The position numbers were made by a program, and so were the translations under genes. The notes below the pieces were generated by a model, which ran no database searches, was not told the DNA's origin, and was given only the letters and a program-made list of their open reading frames with translations. From a virus (taxonomy: Duplodnaviria > Caudoviricetes): 45,128 nt of DNA. Within the stretch, counting starts at the first letter, position 1. Each line of letters starts with the position of its first letter. This document shows positions 16,864 through 24,839 of this stretch, piece by piece. The stretch covers positions 1 to 45,128 of IMG/VR virus record IMGVR_UViG_3300030117_003909, one strand, 5' to 3'.

Positions 16864-18188
16864 GCTGTCTCCAGGGCTGCAATCATGGCGGTCTTGTTGA
16901 CCAAGGCTTCGGTAATGATCTGGTCGATCGAGTCGGCCAGCTGTAGGTATCGGACCAGCACCGGGTGCTGCTGGCCGATGCGGTGGATGCGCTTCTCGGC
17001 TTGGATGTTGGTGCCAGGCACCCAGTCGGTCTCGACGAACACGGCGTTCGTGCTCGCGGTCAGCGTGATGCCGACGGACGCGGCCGTCAGCTGGCAGATG
17101 ATGACGCGCGACGTCGTCTGCTGCTGGAACCGATCGACGGCAGCTTGCCGCGCGTCGGGCCCGACGCCGCCGTGAATCTGCTCGACGCCGTAGTCGGCCA
17201 GCGCGCCGGCTAGCTCCTCGATCACGCCGCGGTGCTGCGCGAACACGACGACCTTACCCATGCCGGAGTCAAGCTCCTCGCGCAGCCACTCGGCAGCTAG
17301 CTCGGTCTTGAGTTCGCCGCACAGCCTGCGGTAGGTGCTGAAGCTGTCGGACTGCTGGAAGACCTGCAATAGCTCGTCGCCGTCGAGCTTCCGCACGTCG
17401 GTGCGTAGCTCCTCGGACATCCGGTCCAGCAGGTCCGTCAGCGGCGCCATCTGCTTCCTGGTGGGTTTGGGTAGGTCAACGGTAGCTCGACGCATCGCCG
17501 GGAGATCGCCCAGCACAGCGGCTTGTAGGCGCCTCAGCGAGCAGCTGTCGATGATGTCGCGAAGCTCGGCGGTGTTCTTAGCACCGACGATCTTCCGGCC
17601 GAAGCGCGTCTCCTCGAACTCGCAGTAGCGCTGAACGAACGCGTAGTTCGAGATCAGCCGGCCGTTGTGCGTCATGCGCTCGGGTGCCAGGTGCAGCAGG
17701 TGCGTCCAGACCTCCGACGGGTTGTTCGGCACGAGCGTGCCGGTCAGCAGCCAGAGGTGCTCGGCGCGCTTGGCGATGCCGACGCCGCCGTAGAGGTTGA
17801 CGGTGCGCGCGGACTCGTGGTTCTTGAAATGGTGCGCCTCGTCAACGACCACGACATCCCAGTCCTGGCCGGCCAGCTGCTCGACGACCTTGTTGCGTCG
17901 GCTGATCAACGACGTCGGGCAGACAACCACCGACACGTCGGGATCGACCTTGGCGCTGCCGGTCTTAAGCCGCTGGAAGCTGGCCCACGGCGCCCACATG
18001 CTTAGCTCGCGCTCCCAGTTGGGCACGACGACCAGCGGCACGATCAGCAGCGTGCGCTTGGCCTGCAGGCGGTTGATAGCTTCGAGAGCTTGCGCCGTCT
18101 TGCCCAGCCCCGGCTCGTCGAGCAGGGCTGCGCGCTTGCGGCTGGCGAGGAACTCGATGCCAGCTAGCTGGTAGTGAAAAGGCTTCAT
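16860..18188 (-). CDS. SNF2-family helicase
   Basis: YQ..G, DEPGLGKT, DEAH, LTGT..PN, GITLT, QAEKRIHRIGQ; start ATG at 18188. Confidence 0.92.
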   Translation of the reverse strand: MKPFHYQLAGIEFLASRKRAALLDEPGLGKTAQALEAINRLQAKRTLLIVPLVVVPNWERELSMWAPWASFQRLKTGSAKVDPDVSVVVCPTSLISRRNKVVEQLAGQDWDVVVVDEAHHFKNHESARTVNLYGGVGIAKRAEHLWLLTGTLVPNNPSEVWTHLLHLAPERMTHNGRLISNYAFVQRYCEFEETRFGRKIVGAKNTAELRDIIDSCSLRRLQAAVLGDLPAMRRATVDLPKPTRKQMAPLTDLLDRMSEELRTDVRKLDGDELLQVFQQSDSFSTYRRLCGELKTELAAEWLREELDSGMGKVVVFAQHRGVIEELAGALADYGVEQIHGGVGPDARQAAVDRFQQQTTSRVIICQLTAASVGITLTASTNAVFVETDWVPGTNIQAEKRIHRIGQQHPVLVRYLQLADSIDQIITEALVNKTAMIAALETA

Positions 18189-18322
18189 CGGGCTAGCTCC
18201 GTGGCCCACAGTAAGAAGTCCCAGAACCACACCGGGCTGGTGATCAGCAGCACGATGGCGACGCATGCGCCGTAGAGCTCCATCTGATCCATGCCGGACA
18301 GCGGCTTGTCGTCGTTGCTCAT
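18185..18322 (-). CDS. 45-aa single-TM microprotein (not in ORF track)
   Basis: MSNDDKPLSGMDQMELYGACVAIVLLITSPVWFWDFLLWATELAR; ATGA overlaps with both neighbours. Confidence 0.65.
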   Translation of the reverse strand: MSNDDKPLSGMDQMELYGACVAIVLLITSPVWFWDFLLWATELAR

Positions 18323-18588
18323 AGCAGCGCCTCCGCGATAGCTGCGGCGCGGGTCTTGCCCTGGCCCTCGACGCCGTTCCAGTAGACGCCCTCGGCGTCA
18401 ACAGACGCCACGACCTGCGCGCGCCAACGCGCAGCTGGCGGCACCTTGACGTCGGGGTCAACGAGCGCGTCGTGCTCGACGCGCCAGACGGCCAGCCACT
18501 GGCCGTCGCGGCGGATCAGATCGGCGCCGGGTCGGGTGACCCGGCAAGACTGCAGGATGAACTGCCGTTGTTTCTGCGTGAGTCTCAT
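18319..18588 (-). CDS. Hypothetical protein
   Basis: 89 aa, GGAGG RBS, ATGA coupling. Confidence 0.7.
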   Translation of the reverse strand: MRLTQKQRQFILQSCRVTRPGADLIRRDGQWLAVWRVEHDALVDPDVKVPPAARWRAQVVASVDAEGVYWNGVEGQGKTRAAAIAEALL

Positions 18589-18851
18589 ACTGCCTCCCAG
18601 TCGGGCATCTCGACCTTGCCCTGGTCGTCGCGGATTGTGACGTCGCCGTCAGCGATGTTGGACGCGTCGATCATCAACAGGATGCGCTGCGTAGCGTCCT
18701 CGGCATCGACCGAGCCGATGCACCAGACCTTGCGCCAGCTGCCGAAGCTGGCCGCGTGCAGCAGCTGCTCAGCTGTCGTCTGGTTAGACGCCAGCACGAT
18801 CGCGCGGTCGCACTCGAACACGCCCTCGAACTCGTAGAGGTGCAACATCAC
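18585..18851 (-). CDS. Hypothetical protein (MLHLYEFEG...)
   Basis: GGAGG RBS at 18856-18860; GTGA overlap with the upstream stop (ATG at 18848 is an alternative start). Confidence 0.65.
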   Translation of the reverse strand: MMLHLYEFEGVFECDRAIVLASNQTTAEQLLHAASFGSWRKVWCIGSVDAEDATQRILLMIDASNIADGDVTIRDDQGKVEMPDWEAV

Positions 18852-19237
18852 AGCACCTCCGGTTGGGCGGGGCGGTAGGGCGTGTGAACGATGTAAGCGT
18901 TCGTCCAGCTGCGGCTGCCCGTGCGGAACGAGGCCACGCGAACGTGGCCGCGCGGCGACAGCGAGTAGCGTTGCAGGCAACGGCGGTCGCCGCGACCGCC
19001 AGCTACGCGACCGATGCTGTAGACGAACCGGCGACCGCCGCGCAGCAGCTGCTTCAGCTGCGCTTCGTGTTCCCAGGTGTCTGCGGCGTCGCGCGTCGGG
19101 TTGTAGGCTTCCGCGCTGTCCAGCACCATGACGAAGTGCCGGCGGGTCGGGTAGGCGCGCCACAGCTTCAGGTAGTGAACGACGTTGTGCGCCTGCTCGT
19201 CGGCGCGGCGCTTGAGTTCGGAGTAGCTAGGCATCAC
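18848..19237 (-). CDS. Hypothetical basic protein
   Basis: 129 aa, GGAGG RBS, coupled to neighbours. Confidence 0.65.
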   Translation of the reverse strand: MMPSYSELKRRADEQAHNVVHYLKLWRAYPTRRHFVMVLDSAEAYNPTRDAADTWEHEAQLKQLLRGGRRFVYSIGRVAGGRGDRRCLQRYSLSPRGHVRVASFRTGSRSWTNAYIVHTPYRPAQPEVL

Positions 19238-19965
19238 AGCGCCTCCTTCGCCGCCGCGTCGGCGGCGTCAGCTGCGCTGGTGTCACCCCAGGGCAAGCCG
19301 AACTTGCCGGCGCAGATCGGCCCGTAGCCGACCGTGCGGCTGCGCTTGTCGGACAGGGCGCGGCCGCAGAAGCAGCAGCTGCCCGTGGCGACGCCGTGCT
19401 GCCCGGCGACCTTGGCCGGGTCAGCTGCAAGGTCGCGCAGCAGCTGCAGCACGATCGGCGTGCAGCTGCGGCTCGCGGTGAACTGGCCGTCGAGGCCGAT
19501 CCGGCCGAACCAGGTGTTGTCGCCGTAGGGGCGGCCGTCGGTCACGTTGACCGTCTTGACGGGGCCAAGCTCGCCGCTGCGCCGGCCGAGGCGCAGCTGC
19601 ACTTGCTGGCCGTCACGCTCCAGCACGATGCGCGGGGCGCGCTTCTGCGCGTCAGCTGCGCGCTCCAGCATGGCCACGACGGGCTGCAAGTCGGCGTCAA
19701 GCTCGACGCGCGGAGCGCGCGGCGTGATGGCCTCTGTCGCCAGCTTGTGCACCCAAGCAGCTTGCTTGTTGCTCGGGCCGCGCACGCTCTCGACGGCGCT
19801 GACCAGCGACGTGGCGAACGCGTTGTCGAGCCCGCGCAGGACGTCGCACGCCTCAGCGAGCGAGGCGAACGGGGTGTCGAACTCGACCGCCGTCCCGTCG
19901 CGCTTGAAGACGCGCAGCGGGGTGGTAGGGCGGCCGTTGAATCTATCGTCGGTGTATTGGGTCAT
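19234..19965 (-). CDS. DUF6011-type zinc-binding protein
   Basis: C-terminal CCFCGRALSDKRSRTVGYGPICA; ATG at 19965 just downstream of a promoter. Confidence 0.75.
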   Translation of the reverse strand: MTQYTDDRFNGRPTTPLRVFKRDGTAVEFDTPFASLAEACDVLRGLDNAFATSLVSAVESVRGPSNKQAAWVHKLATEAITPRAPRVELDADLQPVVAMLERAADAQKRAPRIVLERDGQQVQLRLGRRSGELGPVKTVNVTDGRPYGDNTWFGRIGLDGQFTASRSCTPIVLQLLRDLAADPAKVAGQHGVATGSCCFCGRALSDKRSRTVGYGPICAGKFGLPWGDTSAADAADAAAKEAL

Positions 19966-19993
19966 AACTGAATCAGAAGTGAGTGAGCAGAAA

Positions 19994-20021
19994 AGTGTAG
20001 GGTGGTGTCTGGGGGTGTCAA
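19994..20021 (-). promoter_or_regulatory. Sigma70-type promoter TTGACA-N16-TACACT
   Basis: -35 at 20016-20021 and -10 at 19994-19999, in an intergenic gap. Confidence 0.75.
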
Positions 20022-20029
20022 GCGCCGGC

Positions 20030-21307
20030 TTAGTTTTCGTCGCGCTCCATCGCCCACAGCTGGTCGTAAAGGTCAGCCAGCAGGTTCGGGACCTTGTCGA
20101 TGGCGGCATCATCGGCGTGCTCCGCCGGGTCGATCAGTTCGGCCAGCGTCTGGCCCGTGGACGCCTGGACGGCGTCCAGCGCGTCGTAGGCGCGCTGCAG
20201 CAGCTGCTGCGTAGCTCGCGCAGCTGCGCCAGCGTCAGCGGCCGTCTGCAGCTGGTCGAGGTATGCCTGCACGCTCTCGCCGGTCAGCTTCGAGCCGTCG
20301 AGGTTGCACGCGACGGTCGCGCCCTGCAGCTGCTGCATGCGCTCGTCAAGCTCGGCTAGCTCGGCTTGAAGCTCGTGCTTGCGCTTGTCGGCGGCCTTGA
20401 GTTGTTGCGCCAGCTGCTCGCCAGCTGCGTCGGATTCTGGCGCAGCTGCGTCGCCAGCTGCGTCGGATTCTGGCGCAGCTGCGTCGGATTCTGGCGCAGC
20501 TGCGTCAAGCTCGCCGTTCGCAGCTGCGGTCTTGATGGCCTTGACGGTGCCGTCGAGCGCCGCATTGCACGCCTCGGCGACCGCGGCCTTGTAAGCGCGC
20601 TGCAGCTGGCGCGTGCGGAACGTCAGCGTTTCGTAGCACCAGGCGTCGGCAAGCGAGTTGACGCAGTTGTCGGGGAAGATGCGGCTCGGGAGGGCGCGCC
20701 GGTCAACGCCTGCGACGCTCGCAGCGTGCTCGACGACCGTGCTGTGGAGGCGGAAGCCGCCCGTCAGCGGCGCGGCGCGCTGCAGCGCGTTGCGGACGCC
20801 GGCGAGGAACTTGTAAAGCTGCGCGGTGCTGCGCTGCTCGGTGAGCTTGTTGCTGTTGAGCATGTCGCAGACGTGCTTCGGCAGCTTGAGCGGCTCCTCG
20901 CCGTGGTCGAAGATCGCGTCGTTGATCAGCAGGGTAGCGCGGCCAGCTGCGGCGATCAGTTCGGCGCGCTCGGCGAAGTCGCGAGCGAACTTGGCCCGCA
21001 GGTAGCGCTTGATGAGGCCGTAGGGGAGGCGCTCGTTCTCGCAGTGCCACAGCGCGCTGTGCGTCCGGCAAACGGCATGCCCCTGGTCGGCAGCGGCATG
21101 CGAGTGCGCGGCGCCAGGCGTCGCCTCGGCAACCATCACGGACTCGGCGACGACGTCGCCACTGTAGGTCGCGCAATGCTTCTCCAGCAGTTCGAACAGC
21201 GTGGGGAAGTTTCTAGCGATGGTCTGCAGGTCGTCGCTGGCGTTGTCGAGGTTGAAGTCGGCGCGCCGGCGGGCGTTGGTGAAGATGTAGCGGTGTGAGT
21301 TGGCCAT
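20030..21307 (-). CDS. Early protein: degenerate NADAR/YbiA-like N-terminal domain, AAAPESD repeats and coiled coil
   Basis: NFPT..ATPGAA..W..IKRYLRAKF..RAELIAAAGRATLL.ND..LYKFLAGVRNAL parallels YbiA; AGGAG RBS. Confidence 0.6.
   Translation of the reverse strand: MANSHRYIFTNARRRADFNLDNASDDLQTIARNFPTLFELLEKHCATYSGDVVAESVMVAEATPGAAHSHAAADQGHAVCRTHSALWHCENERLPYGLIKRYLRAKFARDFAERAELIAAAGRATLLINDAIFDHGEEPLKLPKHVCDMLNSNKLTEQRSTAQLYKFLAGVRNALQRAAPLTGGFRLHSTVVEHAASVAGVDRRALPSRIFPDNCVNSLADAWCYETLTFRTRQLQRAYKAAVAEACNAALDGTVKAIKTAAANGELDAAAPESDAAAPESDAAGDAAAPESDAAGEQLAQQLKAADKRKHELQAELAELDERMQQLQGATVACNLDGSKLTGESVQAYLDQLQTAADAGAAARATQQLLQRAYDALDAVQASTGQTLAELIDPAEHADDAAIDKVPNLLADLYDQLWAMERDEN
20410..20506. 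repeat. 21-bp tandem repeats GCAGCTGCGTCGGATTCTGGC (about 3 copies plus partials)
   Basis: Read directly; encodes AAAPESD on the minus strand. Confidence 0.9.
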
Positions 21308-21331
21308 GGGATCAGTCTCCTAGGAAGTAAG

Positions 21332-21463
21332 TTAGAGGGATTCGATGATGGAAGGACAGGTGCACTCGTCGCAGGTCCATTGGCCGGCGATTTTGTAGAG
21401 GGTCTGGGAGTTGGTCTCCTCCCAGTGAATGCCGCAGTGTTCGCAGTGTTCGGTGTCGTTCAT
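21332..21463 (-). CDS. 43-aa zinc-finger microprotein (not in ORF track)
   Basis: MNDTEHCEHCGIHWEETNSQTLYKIAGQWTCDECTCPSIIESL; two CxxC motifs; first ORF after the leftward promoter. Confidence 0.6.
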   Translation of the reverse strand: MNDTEHCEHCGIHWEETNSQTLYKIAGQWTCDECTCPSIIESL

Positions 21464-21529
21464 GGTTCTAGTCTCGTGTGAAAGGGGCCGCGCTGGTTTG
21501 TTCTCTGTCGTTGTCGGCCGTTGGCCACA

Positions 21530-21590
21530 ACGTTAAGCAGTTGTCGGACGATGTCCACACCTGTCTGAAGTTTTTGCAAAGTTTTTTTCG
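21530..21590 (-). promoter_or_regulatory. Putative major leftward early promoter TGGACA-N16-TAACGT with upstream A-tracts (UP-like)
   Basis: Unusually AT-rich patch in the divergent intergenic region; same 16-nt spacing as the other two leftward promoters. Confidence 0.5.
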
Positions 21591-21630
21591 ATCAGCTGTC
21601 GGGGTAGTCTGGCACGTTCGCCCGTAAATG

Positions 21631-21666
21631 ACGCCGGCCGCGGGGGTGCACTCCCGCGGCCGGCGT
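21631..21666. promoter_or_regulatory. Strong GC-rich inverted repeat upstream of the primase RBS
   Basis: ACGCCGGCCGCGGG-GGTGCACT-CCCGCGGCCGGCGT, 14-bp perfect stem. Confidence 0.6.
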
Positions 21667-21688
21667 AGCCCTCCACGAAGGAGAACCA

Positions 21689-23878
21689 ATGACTGCGGAA
21701 CAGAATAGCACTACCGGTGGTAGTCGCAAAGGCCCGAGGCTCGACATATTGCCTCGAATCACGACCGACGATGTTGACCGTGTCGCGCGCAATAGCCCGC
21801 GAGAGCTCCGCAGCCGGCGGGTCTGGGTCTGCGCCGACCGCAGTCCGGTGGCGCGCGCAGACGGCCGCACGGTTAGCTCGAAGGCGCCGCTGAGCTTGCA
21901 CGGCTACGCCGGCGGTGCAGCTAGCTCGACGGACCCGGCGACCTGGATGACGTTCGCTGAGGCCTGCGCGTTCGCACTAGCTGACGACCGCGTGGCGTGC
22001 CTCGGCGTGATGATCGACGGCCAGGACCTGGTCGCGGTTGACTACGACCACGTGATCGGCGCCGGCGACCGGCTGCTCGACGGCGCGCGCCAGATGCTCA
22101 AGCGCATGCCGCCGACATACACCGAGCGCTCGCCTGGTCGCGACGGTGTGCACCAGATCTATGCAGGCGTGCTGCCAACAAACTGGCGTAGCTCGTCGCG
22201 CAATGCGTTCGGCAACGGCGCGCACCTCGAGTGCTACACGAGCGGTCGCTACCTGACGGTGACGGGCGACGTGGTCGGCGACACCGCGCGCGAGTGGAGT
22301 TCGCTGCGCGCGGACGATCCGCCGGCGCCGCTCGCCGAGCTACTGCGACGACCCGAGCGCGAGTCAAGCTCGACGTCGGAGGTGCCGCGCACGATCCGTG
22401 AGGTGCAGCATATGCTGGGCCAGATCGACGCTACCCCGCACGACAGCTGGATCGCAGCTGGCATGGCTTGCTTCAAGCTCGGCACGCCGTTCGAGGTCTG
22501 GGATGAATGGAGCGCGACCGCGCCGAACTACAACGCAGACGACGCCGAGAAGCGCTGGAACAGCTTTGCAGTTGACCCGCCCGAACACCGGCCAGGATGG
22601 GGCACGTTGTGCGAGCTAGCTGGCGACGACGCGACGTCTCCGCCGCCGTTGCGCGCGGACTGGCACGACGTGCAGATGCCCGCCGAGATGCCAGAATCGC
22701 GCGCAGCTGCAACGGATTTCGGGCTCGAATTGCGCGCAGCTGCAACAGATTCGGGCCCAGAATCTGGCGCAGCTGCAACGGATTCTGTGCCTCTCTACAT
22801 GGATGGCGCGGCCTATCGCGCCTGGATGGGGGCCGCTGAGTTCGCCGTTCAGGGGTTCCTACCGCGGCGTGGTTTGGTGCAGCTGTTCGGCAAACCAGGC
22901 GCCGGCAAGAGCCTGGTCGCGCTGTCTCTGGCCATGGCGGTGGCGTGCGGAGAGAGCAGCTGGCACGGCATGCCGGTGCACCTGCACGGGGCGGTCGCGG
23001 TGATGGTCGGCGAGGACGGTAGCGGTGTAGCTGCGCGCTTTGCAGCTGAGTGCTCGATCCGCGGCATCGACCCGGCGATGGTGCCGGTCGTGTTCAGCAC
23101 GTCGCCGACGCAGCTGCTCGACACGGCGCAGATGCAGGCGCACGCGCAGGCCATCGTTGACGCGCTCGGCGCGGCGCCTGTGCTGATCCTGGTTGACACG
23201 TTCGCGACGAACTACGGCCGCGGATCGGAGGACAGCACCGAGGACATGAGCGCGGCCATGGCGAACGCTGGCGCGCTGCAGCGTGCGTTCCGATGCCTGG
23301 TCGGGTTTGTGCACCACAGCGGCCAGGACAAGGACACGCGCGGCCGTGGCAACAGCGCGTTCCTCGCTGCAGTTGACGCCGAGTTCCGCATCTCGCAGGT
23401 GCCTGGCGGGGGCGGCAAACAGAGCGCAGCTGAGGCGTTCGGCGAGGCGCCGCAGGAGCCGTGGAAGAGGACCGGTGACCTGGTCAAGGTGCAGCCGGTC
23501 AAGTGCAAGAATTGGCAGCGGCTGCCGGCCATCAGCTTCGAGATATGCAGCGTCGAGCTTGGGCTCGATCAGCACGGCGAGATGGAGACCGGCGGCGTGG
23601 TCGTGCCGTGGGCTGAGCGCAGCGACCCTGACGTGGTGCCTGAGCCCATGCAGGCGGTGGTCGAGGAGGTGCTGGTCGCGATCGAGCGCGGCGCCCGTTC
23701 GACTGAGCTTGAGGGCGTAGCTTGCGGTGAACTGACGCAGGCGCAGTGGCGCATGCTGTGGCGTGATCTGCAGGCTACGGACTGTCTGAACTTGGTTGAG
23801 GTGGCCGGCACCGGGAGGCACCAGCGTCTGAAGCTGACCGAACACGGCCGCAAGTGGCTTGAGGGGCGCATTCTGTGA
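21689..23878 (+). CDS. Primase-helicase: AEP primase-polymerase, PriCT-2-like domain and AAA_25/RepA-like helicase
   Basis: SSTDPATWMTF, VAVDYD, ERSPGRDGVH, ECYTSGRYLTVTG; W..AGMA..WDEWS; GKPGAGKS, ILVDTF, FVHHSG..RGRGNSA; AAGGAG RBS. Confidence 0.9.
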   Translation: MTAEQNSTTGGSRKGPRLDILPRITTDDVDRVARNSPRELRSRRVWVCADRSPVARADGRTVSSKAPLSLHGYAGGAASSTDPATWMTFAEACAFALADDRVACLGVMIDGQDLVAVDYDHVIGAGDRLLDGARQMLKRMPPTYTERSPGRDGVHQIYAGVLPTNWRSSSRNAFGNGAHLECYTSGRYLTVTGDVVGDTAREWSSLRADDPPAPLAELLRRPERESSSTSEVPRTIREVQHMLGQIDATPHDSWIAAGMACFKLGTPFEVWDEWSATAPNYNADDAEKRWNSFAVDPPEHRPGWGTLCELAGDDATSPPPLRADWHDVQMPAEMPESRAAATDFGLELRAAATDSGPESGAAATDSVPLYMDGAAYRAWMGAAEFAVQGFLPRRGLVQLFGKPGAGKSLVALSLAMAVACGESSWHGMPVHLHGAVAVMVGEDGSGVAARFAAECSIRGIDPAMVPVVFSTSPTQLLDTAQMQAHAQAIVDALGAAPVLILVDTFATNYGRGSEDSTEDMSAAMANAGALQRAFRCLVGFVHHSGQDKDTRGRGNSAFLAAVDAEFRISQVPGGGGKQSAAEAFGEAPQEPWKRTGDLVKVQPVKCKNWQRLPAISFEICSVELGLDQHGEMETGGVVVPWAERSDPDVVPEPMQAVVEEVLVAIERGARSTELEGVACGELTQAQWRMLWRDLQATDCLNLVEVAGTGRHQRLKLTEHGRKWLEGRIL
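22691..22787. repeat. Three 33-bp dyad-symmetric repeats in the primase linker
   Basis: GCAGCTGC centres at 22703, 22736 and 22769, each flanked by GAATY..N4 and N4..GATTY. Confidence 0.85.
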
Positions 23879-23896
23879 TGCTCCAGACCTGTCTGA

Positions 23897-24090
23897 TTGT
23901 CGCCCGTCACGGGCGAGGGTGGTGGGGGCCCAGTTTGTCGCCCGTCACGGGCGAGGATGAGGTTTGTCGCCTGTTTTGCTGCAAGCTCACGGGCGACAAG
24001 GTGTTGTCGCCCGTCACGGGCGACAACGGGCTACAGCTGGGGCCGTTAGGTCGTAGCCCGTTGACGGGCGACGGTTCTACAGAACCGTCG
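23897..24090. repeat. Cluster of repeated palindromes TTGTCGCCCG-TCA-CGGGCGA(CAA) plus two further hairpins; candidate replication origin
   Basis: Copies at 23897-23916, 23935-23954, 23964-23999 (interrupted) and 24003-24027; AACGGGCTAC/GTAGCCCGTT at 24025-24062; CGACGGTTCT/AGAACCGTCG at 24069-24090. Confidence 0.85.
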
Positions 24091-24130
24091 TCTAGGGCAC
24101 GACGGCGACGCTGCGAGGAGGATCAGACAC

Positions 24131-24490
24131 GTGCAGGTTGAACTGGACTGGCCGCCGCGCGCGTGCATGCCGAACAGCGGCGCGCACGTGCACGCGCGGA
24201 CGCGCGAGCGGCGCCGACAACGGCGCGCAGCTGCAGGTGCCGCTCTCGTCGCCTCTGAGCTACCACCAGGGCCGCTAGCGGTGCAGCTGGTGTTCACACC
24301 GCCTGACCGCCGCCGGCGCGACCTGGACAACCTCATCGCCGCGTGCAAGGGTGCGCTCGACGGCGTGTTCGAGGCCAACGGCCGTGACGACGCTGACGTG
24401 CAGCTGCTAGCTGGCCGCTGGTCTGGTGACGTGCGCCGGCCAGGTTCGGTGCTGGTTACGGTCGAGCCAATGGTAGACTGGGGCCCATGA
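24131..24490 (+). CDS. rusA: RusA-like Holliday junction resolvase
   Basis: WPP...PN, FTPPDRRRRDLDNL..CKGALDG..DD; GAGGAGG RBS. Confidence 0.85.
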   Translation: MQVELDWPPRACMPNSGAHVHARTRERRRQRRAAAGAALVASELPPGPLAVQLVFTPPDRRRRDLDNLIAACKGALDGVFEANGRDDADVQLLAGRWSGDVRRPGSVLVTVEPMVDWGP

Positions 24491-24708
24491 ACCGCTGCCG
24501 AACCTGCCGCTTCTACGACGTCCTGGCTGAAGAGCCTGGCACGGGGTTCTGTCGTCGCCACCCACCGGTGCCGGCGCTGGAGCCCGCGCCGCGCGCGTCG
24601 CTCGACTCGGGCAGCATCGTCACCGCCTGGCCGCTCGTTGACGAGGAGGACTGGTGTGGCGAGCAGGTCAACCGCGCGTGGCCCGTCGAGCCGGAGGCGC
24701 GGCGATGA
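24487..24708 (+). CDS. Small Cys-rich phage protein
   Basis: CRTCRF..GFCRRHPP..WP.V..EDWCGE; ATGA coupling. Confidence 0.7.
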   Translation: MNRCRTCRFYDVLAEEPGTGFCRRHPPVPALEPAPRASLDSGSIVTAWPLVDEEDWCGEQVNRAWPVEPEARR

Positions 24709-24839
24709 GGCGCCGCGGCCGTGACTGGTGGGATGAGCGCGAGCCGCAGGGCCTGCTGATCGCGCTGGTCGTGTCGCTGCTCGTGTGGCTCGTGCTGATC
24801 ATCTGCGCGGTGCTCGTGGTCGGGAGCTTCGATGGCTGA
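24705..24839 (+). CDS. 44-aa single-TM microprotein
   Basis: MRRRGRDWW..GLLIALVVSLLVWLVLIICAVLVVG; GGAGG RBS, ATGA overlap. Confidence 0.6.
   Translation: MRRRGRDWWDEREPQGLLIALVVSLLVWLVLIICAVLVVGSFDG

Noticed and set aside
18189-18461. N-terminal extension of the SNF2 helicase given in the ORF track
   Set aside because: It overlaps two coupled small genes; ATG 18188 fits the ATGA chain and the YQ motif
19396-21298. Long plus-strand ORFs (19396-19971, 19547-20359, 20366-21298)
   Set aside because: They are antisense shadows of well-supported, coupled minus-strand genes in GC-rich DNA
23897-24027. CRISPR array
   Set aside because: Spacers are short and irregular (about 3-18 nt), repeats lack a 3' GAAAC-type handle and there is no cas operon
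23875-24141. 88-aa ORF across the hairpin cluster
   Set aside because: The LSPVTG repeats simply translate the DNA palindromes; probably non-coding, although the GTGATG overlap means it cannot be fully excluded
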